From NCBI RefSeq assembly GCF_004376175.1, contig NZ_SNUY01000024.1, positions 1-32,000 of the forward strand: DNA of 32,000 nucleotides, given 5' to 3'. Of this stretch, positions 8,596 through 17,204 are shown piece after piece (within the stretch, counting starts at the first letter, position 1; each line of letters begins with the position of its first letter). The position numbers and the translations under genes were made by a program. Source of the stretch: Halalkalibacterium halodurans (GTDB taxonomy: Bacteria > Bacillota > Bacilli > Bacillales > Bacillaceae_D). The notes below the pieces were generated by a model. That model made no database searches, was not told the DNA's origin, and was given only the letters and a program-made list of their open reading frames with translations.

Positions 8596-8743
8596 GATAT
8601 CTTCCCTCCCATGTGACCTACTGCCTATCTTACGCTTTTATCATATGCTCCCCTTTGCGCAGACACAATAGTTATGACATAATAATCAAATGATAAACAT
8701 GATCGCAATACAGAGACTGGATCAAAGTAGAGGAGAAAGAAAA

Positions 8744-9436
8744 ATGAGAAGTAATCCGTTTCTTATTGTAGAAAGAGGGGTCCCATACGAACCTGCTACC
8801 GTTTTTACTGTTAAAAAAGAATCGTGGTCCATTGGACGGTTGGGGAAATCGTGGAAGCCAGATATCGCTTTTGATAATGTGTTTATTTCGAGAAAGCACG
8901 CCCTTCTTTACGTTGAGGAGGGCCAAGTGTTTGTAAAGGATTTAGATAGCAAGCATGGTACGTATGTGAACGACCAAAGACTAGCACCCCATGCTCCAGA
9001 GCGATTAAGCCACGGAGATCGACTATCGTTAGCGAAGGATATCGTTGTCCTTACATTTTCAGCAATTGATATGGAGGAAACCTTTGACTTAACACCATTT
9101 TTGCCTGTGAATGAAAAAAAGAGCAAGGAGCCGTATCCGGATCATGTGAAGCTTGACCCGGTGAAGCAAACGTTGCTCGTGTCAGGGGAAGACTATCATT
9201 TTTCGGAAAAAGAATATAAATGCATTGAACTTCTCGTTCAACGATATGGAGAATTTGTCTCAAAGGAGACTTTGCTTCCATACGTTTGGCCAGAGCGAAA
9301 ACGAACGGATGGTGAAGGGGTCGATGTTAGTGCTGAGGAAGTGAACTCTCTTCTTTATCGTGTGCGGAAAAAGGTCGCTCAATCGATTGAAATCGAAACG
9401 ATTCGTGGAAAAGGGTACATTCTAACGACCAAATAA
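8744..9436 (+). CDS. FHA domain + OmpR/PhoB-type winged-helix DNA-binding protein (no receiver domain)
   Basis: N-terminal FHA pattern: SIGR...DIAFDNVFISRKHALLYVEEGQVFVKDLDSKHGTYVND. C-terminal Trans_reg_C pattern: FSEKEYKCIELLVQRYGEFVSKETLLPYVW...LLYRVRKKV...IETIRGKGYIL. SD GGAGAAAG precedes ATG 8744. Confidence 0.85.
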   Translation: MRSNPFLIVERGVPYEPATVFTVKKESWSIGRLGKSWKPDIAFDNVFISRKHALLYVEEGQVFVKDLDSKHGTYVNDQRLAPHAPERLSHGDRLSLAKDIVVLTFSAIDMEETFDLTPFLPVNEKKSKEPYPDHVKLDPVKQTLLVSGEDYHFSEKEYKCIELLVQRYGEFVSKETLLPYVWPERKRTDGEGVDVSAEEVNSLLYRVRKKVAQSIEIETIRGKGYILTTK

Positions 9437-9463
9437 TCGACTGTTATGAAAAGGGGAGGGATT

Positions 9464-9889
9464 ATGCGTATTCAAGGGATTAACCACTTGCTTTTTTCAG
9501 TAAAGTGCTTAGAGCGATCCATTGAGTTTTATAAGAAGGCCCTTGGCGCAAAGCTACTCGTGAAAGGAAGAACAACGGCCTATTTTGATCTTCAAGGAAT
9601 ATGGCTTGCCTTAAATGAGGAGCCGGATATCCCAAGAAATGAAATCCATCAGTCGTACACTCATATTGCTTTCACCGTTGGGGAAGAGGAAATGGAGGAG
9701 GCATATGAACGTCTTGCTGGATTAGGGGTAAATATTTTAAAAGGGCGACCACGGGATCCACGTGATCGCCAGTCCATTTATTTTACCGATCCTGATGGCC
9801 ATAAGTTTGAATTTCATTGTGGAACATTGAACGACCGATTAGACTATTATCGGGAAGCAAAGCCGCATATGACTTTCTTTGATGATTAA
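9464..9889 (+). CDS. fosB: fosfomycin resistance thiol transferase FosB
   Basis: Collinear with my recollection of B. subtilis FosB: [66 protein letters not shown] precedes ATG 9464. Confidence 0.92.
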   Translation: MRIQGINHLLFSVKCLERSIEFYKKALGAKLLVKGRTTAYFDLQGIWLALNEEPDIPRNEIHQSYTHIAFTVGEEEMEEAYERLAGLGVNILKGRPRDPRDRQSIYFTDPDGHKFEFHCGTLNDRLDYYREAKPHMTFFDD

Positions 9890-10749
9890 ACGTCGTCCTC
9901 CCGCCGTAAGGGCATCGTGCAGCATCGGAACGAACCACCGGATTTGATAATTTCTGTAATGTCCACTTCTATCACATCAAAGCCGCGCTTGCGCAGTTGC
10001 TCATTAACATTCGTGTTTACAGGCAGACTGATGACGCGCTTATGGCCAATTGATAGCACATTGGTACCGAGCGTGAATTGTTCTTCTTCTGTGACTTCGA
10101 TCAAATCATAGCGAGAAGCGATCAGCTTCTCTTCTTTTCTGTTCATTACACCTGGATAAATGAGGGCCTCGTGGGGAGAAACGATATTAAACACGCAGTC
10201 CAAGTGTAAATATTTTGGATGGAATGGAACGGGGATTACCTCATACTCAGGGAGAAGGCGTTGGATATGCTCAATCGCTGCCATGTTTGTACGGTTACTG
10301 ATGCCAATGTAGATGGAATGGCGATCGATGATGACATCGCCTCCTTCGATCTCATCACTTACTAAGTTGTAATAAGAAATGCCTTTCAGTTCGAGCCACT
10401 CTTTTAACGTGTTCTCTTCCCCTTTACGAACATCGTGCGCCATATCGGCGACGAAGGTCGTTTGCCCAAGGGTGAAGCCAATGTCACGAGTAAACACCTG
10501 TTCAGGGTATTTTTCGTTGACGGGAAGTAGATGAACGTTGACACCGTGTTTTTGCAACACGCGGACAAACTCATGGTGCTGCTCCATTGCAATTTCAATG
10601 TGGATGTCTTCGTTTTTAAATTTTTTTTGCGTTTCGTTAATCATGTTTCGCAGCGTCATATGCTTTGGTTCACAGACAATGACATCTTTTAAAACGCCAT
10701 ATTCTGTTTTGCATTGGGTGAGCGTTGTTGGTCTTTTTAAGAGTCCCAT
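9886..10749 (-). CDS. dimethylarginine dimethylaminohydrolase / amidinotransferase family protein (YkgA-like)
   Basis: C-terminal catalytic-Cys motif [11 protein letters not shown] and guanidino-modifying enzyme architecture. SD AAAGGAGAG precedes ATG 10749. Its stop codon overlaps the fosB stop (TTAA). Confidence 0.8.
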   Translation of the reverse strand: MGLLKRPTTLTQCKTEYGVLKDVIVCEPKHMTLRNMINETQKKFKNEDIHIEIAMEQHHEFVRVLQKHGVNVHLLPVNEKYPEQVFTRDIGFTLGQTTFVADMAHDVRKGEENTLKEWLELKGISYYNLVSDEIEGGDVIIDRHSIYIGISNRTNMAAIEHIQRLLPEYEVIPVPFHPKYLHLDCVFNIVSPHEALIYPGVMNRKEEKLIASRYDLIEVTEEEQFTLGTNVLSIGHKRVISLPVNTNVNEQLRKRGFDVIEVDITEIIKSGGSFRCCTMPLRREDDV

Positions 10750-10872
10750 TTGTTCTCTCCTTTCTCCGTTTTCCATAGCATACCCGTCTGCCTGTTTTCC
10801 ATGAGCTGTCATGAGTCATAAGGGAGGGCCTTCTAAGCCATACTAATAAAAAAGAGAAAGCAGGGACGTTTG

Positions 10873-11172
10873 ATGTTTAACAATGACACTGGAGGAGGGC
10901 GATTTTTTATCCCTTTCCTCCCAATAGATAATACAGAAGATGTAAAACAAGCTCATGACAGTTATGATTTCTATGTAGGAGAAGAGTATCTTGGCAAATG
11001 TGAGCTGATGACGGCGTCAGAAGAGGCAGACGATGTCTTATCCTTTCTAGAAAAACAAGGACTAAGAGTAGAGGGAAAGCTTGATGGAGATCATTTTATC
11101 GTTCAGCCCATTCACGCAAAGGAGAATGAAAAAGTGAAGCGAGCTGTGGAAGTTTTTTTGCACAATCGATAG
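10873..11172 (+). CDS. hypothetical small acidic protein
   Basis: 99-codon ORF with a weak SD (AGGGA) 6 nt before ATG 10873 and a terminator downstream. I recognise no family. Confidence 0.55.
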   Translation: MFNNDTGGGRFFIPFLPIDNTEDVKQAHDSYDFYVGEEYLGKCELMTASEEADDVLSFLEKQGLRVEGKLDGDHFIVQPIHAKENEKVKRAVEVFLHNR

Positions 11173-11187
11173 GTTTTATCCAGTCAG

Positions 11188-11211
11188 CCCTCTACATCGC
11201 GAGAGGGTTTT
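11188..11211 (+). terminator. rho-independent terminator
   Basis: Stem ccctct / agaggg with an 8-nt loop, followed by TTTT (11208-11211). Confidence 0.6.
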
Positions 11212-11338
11212 GACATGTAGATTAAAGATAGCGACGAGTGAATCGAACAACTTGAGCGTCTTGATCGTTTGAGCGATTCAAAATTGGATCGATTCATATA
11301 GACAAGAGTAATGAGTCATGTCACGAGGAGAGAGTAGG

Positions 11339-12394
11339 ATGGATTTTACCGTACAGTATGTATCCTTTTTTGTTATCCGTATGGACGGACAAGGGGAACA
11401 AGTGACCAAACACTTTACACATTTTCAAACATTAGATCAAGCTGGCTATGAACATAGCACGCTATCGTCCTTTTTAGATGGGGAATTGATGAAAATTTCA
11501 AAACGAAAGGTGGACCGCTTTCCGAAATCGGACAACGTACCAACGAAAATCGGTCGCTTTACCGTTGAACCTGGGCATGGTCTGTCATCGAACCCGAATT
11601 ATAATCAATTTCAGCGCCTTCTGATTGCCAAGAACCCCGAAGCCTTTCAGAAGGAAGGCGAAGCGTTAGTCCGTGGGTATATGGATACGAGTGCGATCCG
11701 AGGAGGGGCGTTCATCGTCATTCGGGCTAAGCTAAACCAATACATGGACAACCCCTTTTTGTTTCTTTTAAAATGCGACTTTGAGCAAAAAGTGGCTCAT
11801 ATTTCTGACGCCTCCACGTTAATCAAGGAAGTTGAAATGGCGATTACAACTAAAAATATGAAATCGATTCAGTATCCGTATATGCCAGAGGAAGGAATGG
11901 TTGAGGAAGGTGAGTTAAAGCTTCATCAAGCGTCACATGCCCGTTACTTTGAAGATTTTTTACCATTTGTCACATATGAAAAGCCAATGCCCGAAATCAT
12001 CAAAGAGCATGTCATCCAGCAGGCCCATTCTCATATTGCCGCCACATATGAAGAGCAAAGCGATGTGCGAATGGCAGAAGAGGAGCGACTTGAAGCATGG
12101 GCGAACACGCCGAAGCGCGAGTTGCAAGAGCAATGGACGCCAGAGCAAGTCATAGAGGCAGCGGCTCCGATTGTCGAACAACAGCCTGAGCTTGAGTTAA
12201 AACTAAAGCTAGACCATTTGCAAGTAAAAGCGATGCTGTCTGATTTTGGTGAATCACTCCACATCGCAAAAACAAACGGGAAATACGTCTTACTCATTGA
12301 AGGGGATTCGTTTCAGTTTGAGAAAGGCTATTCGCCGGTTGAATTTTTAAAGCCAGAGCCATTGGAAGAGGTGCTGAAGAAGATAAGGGGATAA
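11339..12394 (+). CDS. conserved hypothetical protein, ~350 aa (possibly the Bacillus DUF3900 family; weak NdpA-like pattern)
   Basis: SD AGGAGAGAG precedes ATG 11339. It is a long uninterrupted ORF with ordinary composition. The family name is from memory and unverified. Confidence 0.7.
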   Translation: MDFTVQYVSFFVIRMDGQGEQVTKHFTHFQTLDQAGYEHSTLSSFLDGELMKISKRKVDRFPKSDNVPTKIGRFTVEPGHGLSSNPNYNQFQRLLIAKNPEAFQKEGEALVRGYMDTSAIRGGAFIVIRAKLNQYMDNPFLFLLKCDFEQKVAHISDASTLIKEVEMAITTKNMKSIQYPYMPEEGMVEEGELKLHQASHARYFEDFLPFVTYEKPMPEIIKEHVIQQAHSHIAATYEEQSDVRMAEEERLEAWANTPKRELQEQWTPEQVIEAAAPIVEQQPELELKLKLDHLQVKAMLSDFGESLHIAKTNGKYVLLIEGDSFQFEKGYSPVEFLKPEPLEEVLKKIRG

Positions 12395-12458
12395 ACATAT
12401 AAGAAGTGTAAACCTTGGGAAAACTGGTAGCGGTGGCCATCATTGTGAATACGAGCTT

Positions 12459-12502
12459 AGGAGGGAGCTACCTCAATAAATTAACTTTTGAGGTAGCCTC
12501 CT
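12459..12502. terminator. hairpin between convergent genes (candidate bidirectional terminator)
   Basis: 10-bp stem gctacctcaa (12467-12476) pairs with ttgaggtagc (12488-12497), with flanking G:C and G:U pairs. U-tracts are weak. Confidence 0.5.
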
Positions 12503-12910
12503 TTATCGATTTTGCTGTTTATGCTTCCACATCAAGTAACGATAGCGAATGGTGCAGCCGATACAAAAGCCACAAAGGGCAAGTCCTGCTGCAACGACAA
12601 CCATGATCGAAAAGATAAGTCCGAGTATAGAAAAACCTGTAGCAAACGTAAGAATGGCGATCCCGATGCAGATCGTTGCAATCCATTGATTGAAGCGTTG
12701 TTGATCCGCATCTTCTGGCGGATACGTGTCAGCAGGTTTTTTTAACAAAGGCTGAAATGTGATCATGATAAGGTTTTTACGAAACGCTAATGCGATCACA
12801 CCAACGACAAAAGGCAGCCATAATATCCAAGGACTCACAATTACCCCGAGGATGACCGTAATGACGAGAAACAGTTGATTGATCTGAACGAGCGGCTTTG
12901 GGATACTCAA
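12503..12910 (-). CDS. small integral membrane protein, DUF4395-like
   Basis: Four hydrophobic segments and the C-terminal CGFCIGCTIRYRY motif I associate with DUF4395. Confidence 0.65.
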   Translation of the reverse strand: MSIPKPLVQINQLFLVITVILGVIVSPWILWLPFVVGVIALAFRKNLIMITFQPLLKKPADTYPPEDADQQRFNQWIATICIGIAILTFATGFSILGLIFSIMVVVAAGLALCGFCIGCTIRYRYLMWKHKQQNR

Positions 12911-13094
12911 TTTGTACTACTCCCCCCTGAAGGTTTTAGCTTACGAAAAGTATAACAGGAAGACAGGGGTTAGTGAAAGTGTGACGATTGCCGCATGAAA
13001 AATCATATAGTGTTCATTGAAAAAATGTGAAACTTTTTCTTGCCTCAATACGTCTTAAAGGTAAAAGAGAGGAACATGGAAGGGGACATCGACA

Positions 13095-13490
13095 GTGAAA
13101 TGGCTCTTATATGGATTGGCTCTGTTTCTGTTGGCAGGTTGCGGAACTGCTCATTCAGTCGATGGGGATCTCCCTCCTTTTTACCAAGGAAAGGTTGTTC
13201 ATGTAAGTGTAGTAGATGAGAACCAGGGGTTTGTGCTGTTAACTGGGCAAGGATCAGACGAAGGAAATGACTATCAGAACTTCTCATTTACAATCAATGA
13301 GCAAACCAATATTGAAGATGAGGAAGGGAAAGAAACGTCCATTACCGAAATGAACGAAGGGGATCAATTACTTGTTTGGCTCCCGAGTGGGGATGCCTCA
13401 ATCCGTGAAAGCTATCCGCCTCAGGCGAATGCGGGGAAAATCGTGATTGTGGCAGAAAACAATGGCGGGCATGAGGAAAGAAGGCGGTAA
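13095..13490 (+). CDS. lipoprotein of unknown function
   Basis: Signal peptide with lipobox: MKWLLYGLALFLLAGC. SD GGAAGGGGA precedes GTG 13095. Confidence 0.75.
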   Translation: MKWLLYGLALFLLAGCGTAHSVDGDLPPFYQGKVVHVSVVDENQGFVLLTGQGSDEGNDYQNFSFTINEQTNIEDEEGKETSITEMNEGDQLLVWLPSGDASIRESYPPQANAGKIVIVAENNGGHEERRR

Positions 13491-13504
13491 TTCCGCCTTC
13501 TTTC
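13476..13504. terminator. bidirectional terminator hairpin
   Basis: 12-bp stem gaaagaaggcgg / ccgccttctttc with loop taatt. It overlaps the stop of the lipoprotein gene and lies between convergent genes. Confidence 0.6.
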
Positions 13505-13511
13505 TTCATGC

Positions 13512-13874
13512 CTACACTTCCGCTTCTAGAAAATATTTAGCACGACTCGTTTCGACGATTAGTTGATTTCCGTCGGCAGAGATGGTCATCCCATCTTCCA
13601 GTTGAATATCGAAGCGATGATCTGGTAGTGGACCTGTTGCATGTTCGGAGCCTTGAATGGAGCCTTCCCCATGAAGCACAAGTTCATGATTGGCTACATA
13701 ACCGTCTAAATCTCGATTCTCACTATCAATAAAAGTAACGGCCTCTAGCGTCATAGAGACTTGATCCGAATCGGTTATTGATGCCATTCCTGTTGCATAT
13801 TCCTGTTTAGAAATCATCAACTTCTGATCTTTGTGAGCCTCAAGCCAATCGGTTAATTGTTCCCGTGCATCCAT
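13512..13874 (-). CDS. hypothetical acidic protein
   Basis: 120-aa ORF followed by the shared terminator. I recognise no family. Confidence 0.55.
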   Translation of the reverse strand: MDAREQLTDWLEAHKDQKLMISKQEYATGMASITDSDQVSMTLEAVTFIDSENRDLDGYVANHELVLHGEGSIQGSEHATGPLPDHRFDIQLEDGMTISADGNQLIVETSRAKYFLEAEV

Positions 13875-13928
13875 GTGTGGACCCCCTCTTGCTAAATCTC
13901 TTACGTAGTGTACCCAAAGAGGGCAGAG

Positions 13929-14261
13929 CTATGCGATGGGTGAGCCATTAGGGGCCGGTGTATCTGGTTTAAGTAAAATAACATCTCCTTGTTCGGGAAC
14001 ACTGCCGAGAACAAGCACCTCCGACTTAAATCCAGCCACACGTCTTGGTGGAAAGTTGACAACTGCCACTATTTGTTTGCCAATCAGCAGCTCAGGCGTA
14101 TATCGCTCGGTCAGCTGAGCGCTGGATTGCTTGACACCTATATCCTCGCCAAAATCGATCGTTAGCTTGTACGCTGGGACACGAGCCTTTTCTAATGGTT
14201 CGGCCGTTAGAATCGTACCAACACGTAAGTCGATCTTTTGAAAATCTTCGAACGTTGCCAC
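13929..14261 (-). CDS. csaA: tRNA-binding-domain chaperone CsaA
   Basis: Close to my recollection of B. subtilis CsaA: DFQKIDLRVGTI, ARVPAYKL.IDFG..IG.KQSSAQ.T.RY.PE.LIGKQ..AVVNFPPRR.AGFKSEVLVLG. SD AAAGGAG lies 8 nt before GTG 14261. Confidence 0.88.
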   Translation of the reverse strand: MATFEDFQKIDLRVGTILTAEPLEKARVPAYKLTIDFGEDIGVKQSSAQLTERYTPELLIGKQIVAVVNFPPRRVAGFKSEVLVLGSVPEQGDVILLKPDTPAPNGSPIA

Positions 14262-14346
14262 AAAAAGCACTCCTTTCTATTCGTCATCATCGATTGTAAA
14301 CAACGGTTTCATGAAAGGTGATGCTTCAATCAAGAAAAAAAAGCGC

Positions 14347-15045
14347 CTAATGTAAGGTGTTACGATAAGCCGACGGGGTCATCCCTTCCACTTTTGTAAA
14401 CGCGCGGACGAGCCCTGACGGATGGGTATAGCCGACTTCTATACTAATTCTTGCGACAGACCATGTCGTTTCCCCAAGTAGCCGTTTCGCTGCTTTCACT
14501 CGAAGCTTTTGCAAATACTCGCTTGGAGACATCCCAGTGTAGCCTTTAAACCATGATGAATAATAGGCTGGGTGGTAGTGCTCGATGGCTGCTAAAGTCT
14601 CGAGTGATAACGGTTCGGAAAAATGCTGCTTCATATAGTGTATGGAGGCAGGGAGTGTCTTTTTTGCCAACTTGCTCGTTAAATAGTCGACGAGCGGGCG
14701 CAATGATTGGCTGGAAGCAGGCTGATATGCTTCCCCTCGAAACAGATGACAAAGGGCTCCCCACGTTTCATCAAGTGCTACATGCTGCTCTGTCGTAACC
14801 GCATCCCCAAGAAAACGAGCAGGGATATCAACGACTAAAAATTCATTTCTTGCGACAGCCCGAAAGCGGTGGTTAACATGAGGGGGCAAATAAAGCCCGA
14901 AGTTCGCCTCTAATTGAAACGTATCATAAACGGGGGTCTGGATTTCCATTGCCCCATGTAATGCAAACAACATTTGTCCATACGAATGATCATGAGTGTT
15001 GTACTCACGTTCGTACGTTCTCGTTTCGCATTGGATCGCATTCAT
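14347..15045 (-). CDS. AraC family transcriptional regulator (cupin sensor + HTH)
   Basis: N-terminal cupin-like region (HDHSYGQMLFALHG). C-terminal AraC HTH (HYHPAYYSSWFKGYTGMSPSEY, GYTHPSGLVRAFTKVEGMTPSAYR). SD GGAAGGTGG precedes ATG 15045. Confidence 0.85.
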   Translation of the reverse strand: MNAIQCETRTYEREYNTHDHSYGQMLFALHGAMEIQTPVYDTFQLEANFGLYLPPHVNHRFRAVARNEFLVVDIPARFLGDAVTTEQHVALDETWGALCHLFRGEAYQPASSQSLRPLVDYLTSKLAKKTLPASIHYMKQHFSEPLSLETLAAIEHYHPAYYSSWFKGYTGMSPSEYLQKLRVKAAKRLLGETTWSVARISIEVGYTHPSGLVRAFTKVEGMTPSAYRNTLH

Positions 15046-15177
15046 TGGTGAGCCACCTTCCTGTATGTTCCTGTCAGTCAAAAACGGAATCTGAACACGA
15101 AAATAGACGAGCAGGCGAGCCGCCTATAGTTCACATTGTATCGGATAAGGATGAGAAGCTCCAGATGAAAACGTTTT

Positions 15178-16020
15178 TTATTTTAAGGGGAGCAACTGTA
15201 AAAACGCTTCTACTTGTGGAAGGCTAAGGGCTTCTTCTTCATAAAGTACCCATGTTTGCCGCTCAAGCGGTTGGTTATCGAGCTGAAGAGGAAGCTTATG
15301 GAAACATTGATCCGATACATCTTTTATCGCCATCTCCGGTAAGATCGCTGCACCAACTCCCCGGAGCATGAGCTGTTTACATGTTTCAATTTGATCGACA
15401 GAAACATGACCACGGAAAGTGAAGCTAGTAACGCTTCGCATCCATGCTTGAATAAGTGCTTCGAGGGAAGGATCACTTTTCCATTGAATCAGCGGTCGCT
15501 TCTCAATCGGAATGTCCTTGTCAAATACAAGATATAGAGGATCTGCTAGAAGCAAATGGCTCGCTTGCTCAGGCAGTCGATCTCCGCGAAAAATCGCCAC
15601 ATGATAGGAGGAGAACGTTCGGCGAATTTGATCACTTGTCGTTGATATGAGCTCAATGTTTACACGCGGATACGCTTTCGTATACTTCTCTAACAGTGGC
15701 GGAATAAGATAATGGCTGACAACGGAAGAGATGCCGAGCGATAATCGCCCCGAGACAGACCCTTTCATTTGTTCAAGCTCTTCGCGAAGTCGCTCTGTCC
15801 GCCAGAGTGTTTCTTGTGCAAATGTAAGTACCTTTTCTCCAAGAGGTGTAAGCAATAGCTTTTTGTGTGTGCGAATAAAAATTGCCCCGCCCCATAAATC
15901 CTCCATTTGCTTGAGTCGCTGGCTAATCGCTGGCTGTGATAGGTGCAAGGATCTCGCTGCGCCTCGCATCGTCCCCGCCTTGTGAACATGGATCAATAGC
16001 TGACAGTCATCCAGTTTCAT
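15178..16020 (-). CDS. LysR family transcriptional regulator
   Basis: N-terminal HTH: LLIHVHKAGTMRGAARSLHLSQPAISQRLKQME. C-terminal LysR substrate-binding fold pattern. SD AAGGAGTGGG precedes ATG 16020. It is divergent from the MFS_3 gene. Confidence 0.88.
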   Translation of the reverse strand: MKLDDCQLLIHVHKAGTMRGAARSLHLSQPAISQRLKQMEDLWGGAIFIRTHKKLLLTPLGEKVLTFAQETLWRTERLREELEQMKGSVSGRLSLGISSVVSHYLIPPLLEKYTKAYPRVNIELISTTSDQIRRTFSSYHVAIFRGDRLPEQASHLLLADPLYLVFDKDIPIEKRPLIQWKSDPSLEALIQAWMRSVTSFTFRGHVSVDQIETCKQLMLRGVGAAILPEMAIKDVSDQCFHKLPLQLDNQPLERQTWVLYEEEALSLPQVEAFLQLLPLK

Positions 16021-16107
16021 TGCGCCCACTCCTTGATAATTTTTTCAAATCAAAGATGATTAAAAAGATAAGGTATCTTAATCTATTCAATTTGATTATA
16101 GTAAATA

Positions 16108-17091
16108 GTGGAGAATGTGGAAAGGGGGGAGGCCGATGCGCGATCAAGCTTTTGCCATCTACATATGTTTTTTCTCGCTGAAGCTGGGCGTGCCATTCAT
16201 TTCGTGACGGTCACATGGATGATCTATTATGAGACAGAAGACCCACTTGTTCTCGGAAGTCTTGTTGGCTTCTGCTTTTTACCAAGTGTGCTTTTAATGC
16301 CGTGGATCGGTGTCATAGTGGATCGGTGGATACACAAGCACCTTGTTATCATTGCGTTGCTTACGAGTAGTGGGGGAATGGCGGTTTTTTTAGGCGTCAT
16401 TTTGTTGGATCACATGCAGATTGGATGGATCATTGGCTGCCATATGCTTATACAAGTCGCAGGCTCTTTGTTTCGTCCCGCGATTCAAGCTTTTGTTGCG
16501 GAACAATTTCAATTAAAGGAACTACCTGTAATCTATTCCCGCTCATCGGCTTTAGGTATTTTAGGTGGTTTACTTGGTGCTACTGCAGGTGGACTCATGA
16601 CAGGCTACCTTGGCGTTGTCGTTTCGGCCATTGTGCATGGCTGGCTCGATACGACAATAGCTCTAGGCGGGGCTGCTGCCGGAATGGCGGGTGCATGGTG
16701 GTGGAGGCAAGCGAAACATCATGTAGTGACTCATTCCTTTTTCATCATTGTACTCGGCTTGACTATTGTGTTTTTCTCCTCCTCTTTTTACAGTGCAATG
16801 ATTGGCTTGTTTCTCATCGGTGCTGGAACGACATGGGTCAGGGTGCTGCTCCAATCGGTGCAACAGATGGCGACCGATCGTGCGTACCACGGGAGACTCG
16901 CAAGTTTACGTATGCTTCTCAATCAAGGAGCTGTTACGATTAGCGCTCCGGTCTTTGGTTTTGTGGCAGTACAAGCGGGAGTAGAGTTTATTTACGGGAT
17001 TCTCACTGTTCCGGTCGTTTTCTGCATCGTATACGGCTGGGTATTATCAAGGAAACAGAGGTTTAAACGATTGATAGAGGTGGCGGCATAA
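16108..17091 (+). CDS. MFS_3 (EntS/macrolide-efflux-like) transporter, probably frameshifted at its 5' end and shorter than the family norm
   Basis: TM-rich protein with GVIVDRW after TM2. The strong SD AAAGGGGGGAGG serves ATG 16136 in another frame, which runs into the main frame at a T6 run (16168-16173). It has only about 318 codons, against roughly 400 as I recall the family norm. Confidence 0.6.
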   Translation: MENVERGEADARSSFCHLHMFFLAEAGRAIHFVTVTWMIYYETEDPLVLGSLVGFCFLPSVLLMPWIGVIVDRWIHKHLVIIALLTSSGGMAVFLGVILLDHMQIGWIIGCHMLIQVAGSLFRPAIQAFVAEQFQLKELPVIYSRSSALGILGGLLGATAGGLMTGYLGVVVSAIVHGWLDTTIALGGAAAGMAGAWWWRQAKHHVVTHSFFIIVLGLTIVFFSSSFYSAMIGLFLIGAGTTWVRVLLQSVQQMATDRAYHGRLASLRMLLNQGAVTISAPVFGFVAVQAGVEFIYGILTVPVVFCIVYGWVLSRKQRFKRLIEVAA

Positions 17092-17204
17092 TTGTTCAGA
17101 AATGATTCCATATGGATGATATTTATGGTATTGTTATCCAATGAGAGACTTACCATCTAGTCACTACGTTGGATGCTCGGTATAAAGAAAAGGAGAGAAG
17201 AACG

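Noticed and set aside
16425-16943. 172-aa alternative-frame ORF inside the MFS_3 gene
   Set aside because: The Cys/Arg/Trp-rich translation is typical of an off-frame read of a hydrophobic membrane-protein gene. It has no RBS, and the main frame carries the family motifs.
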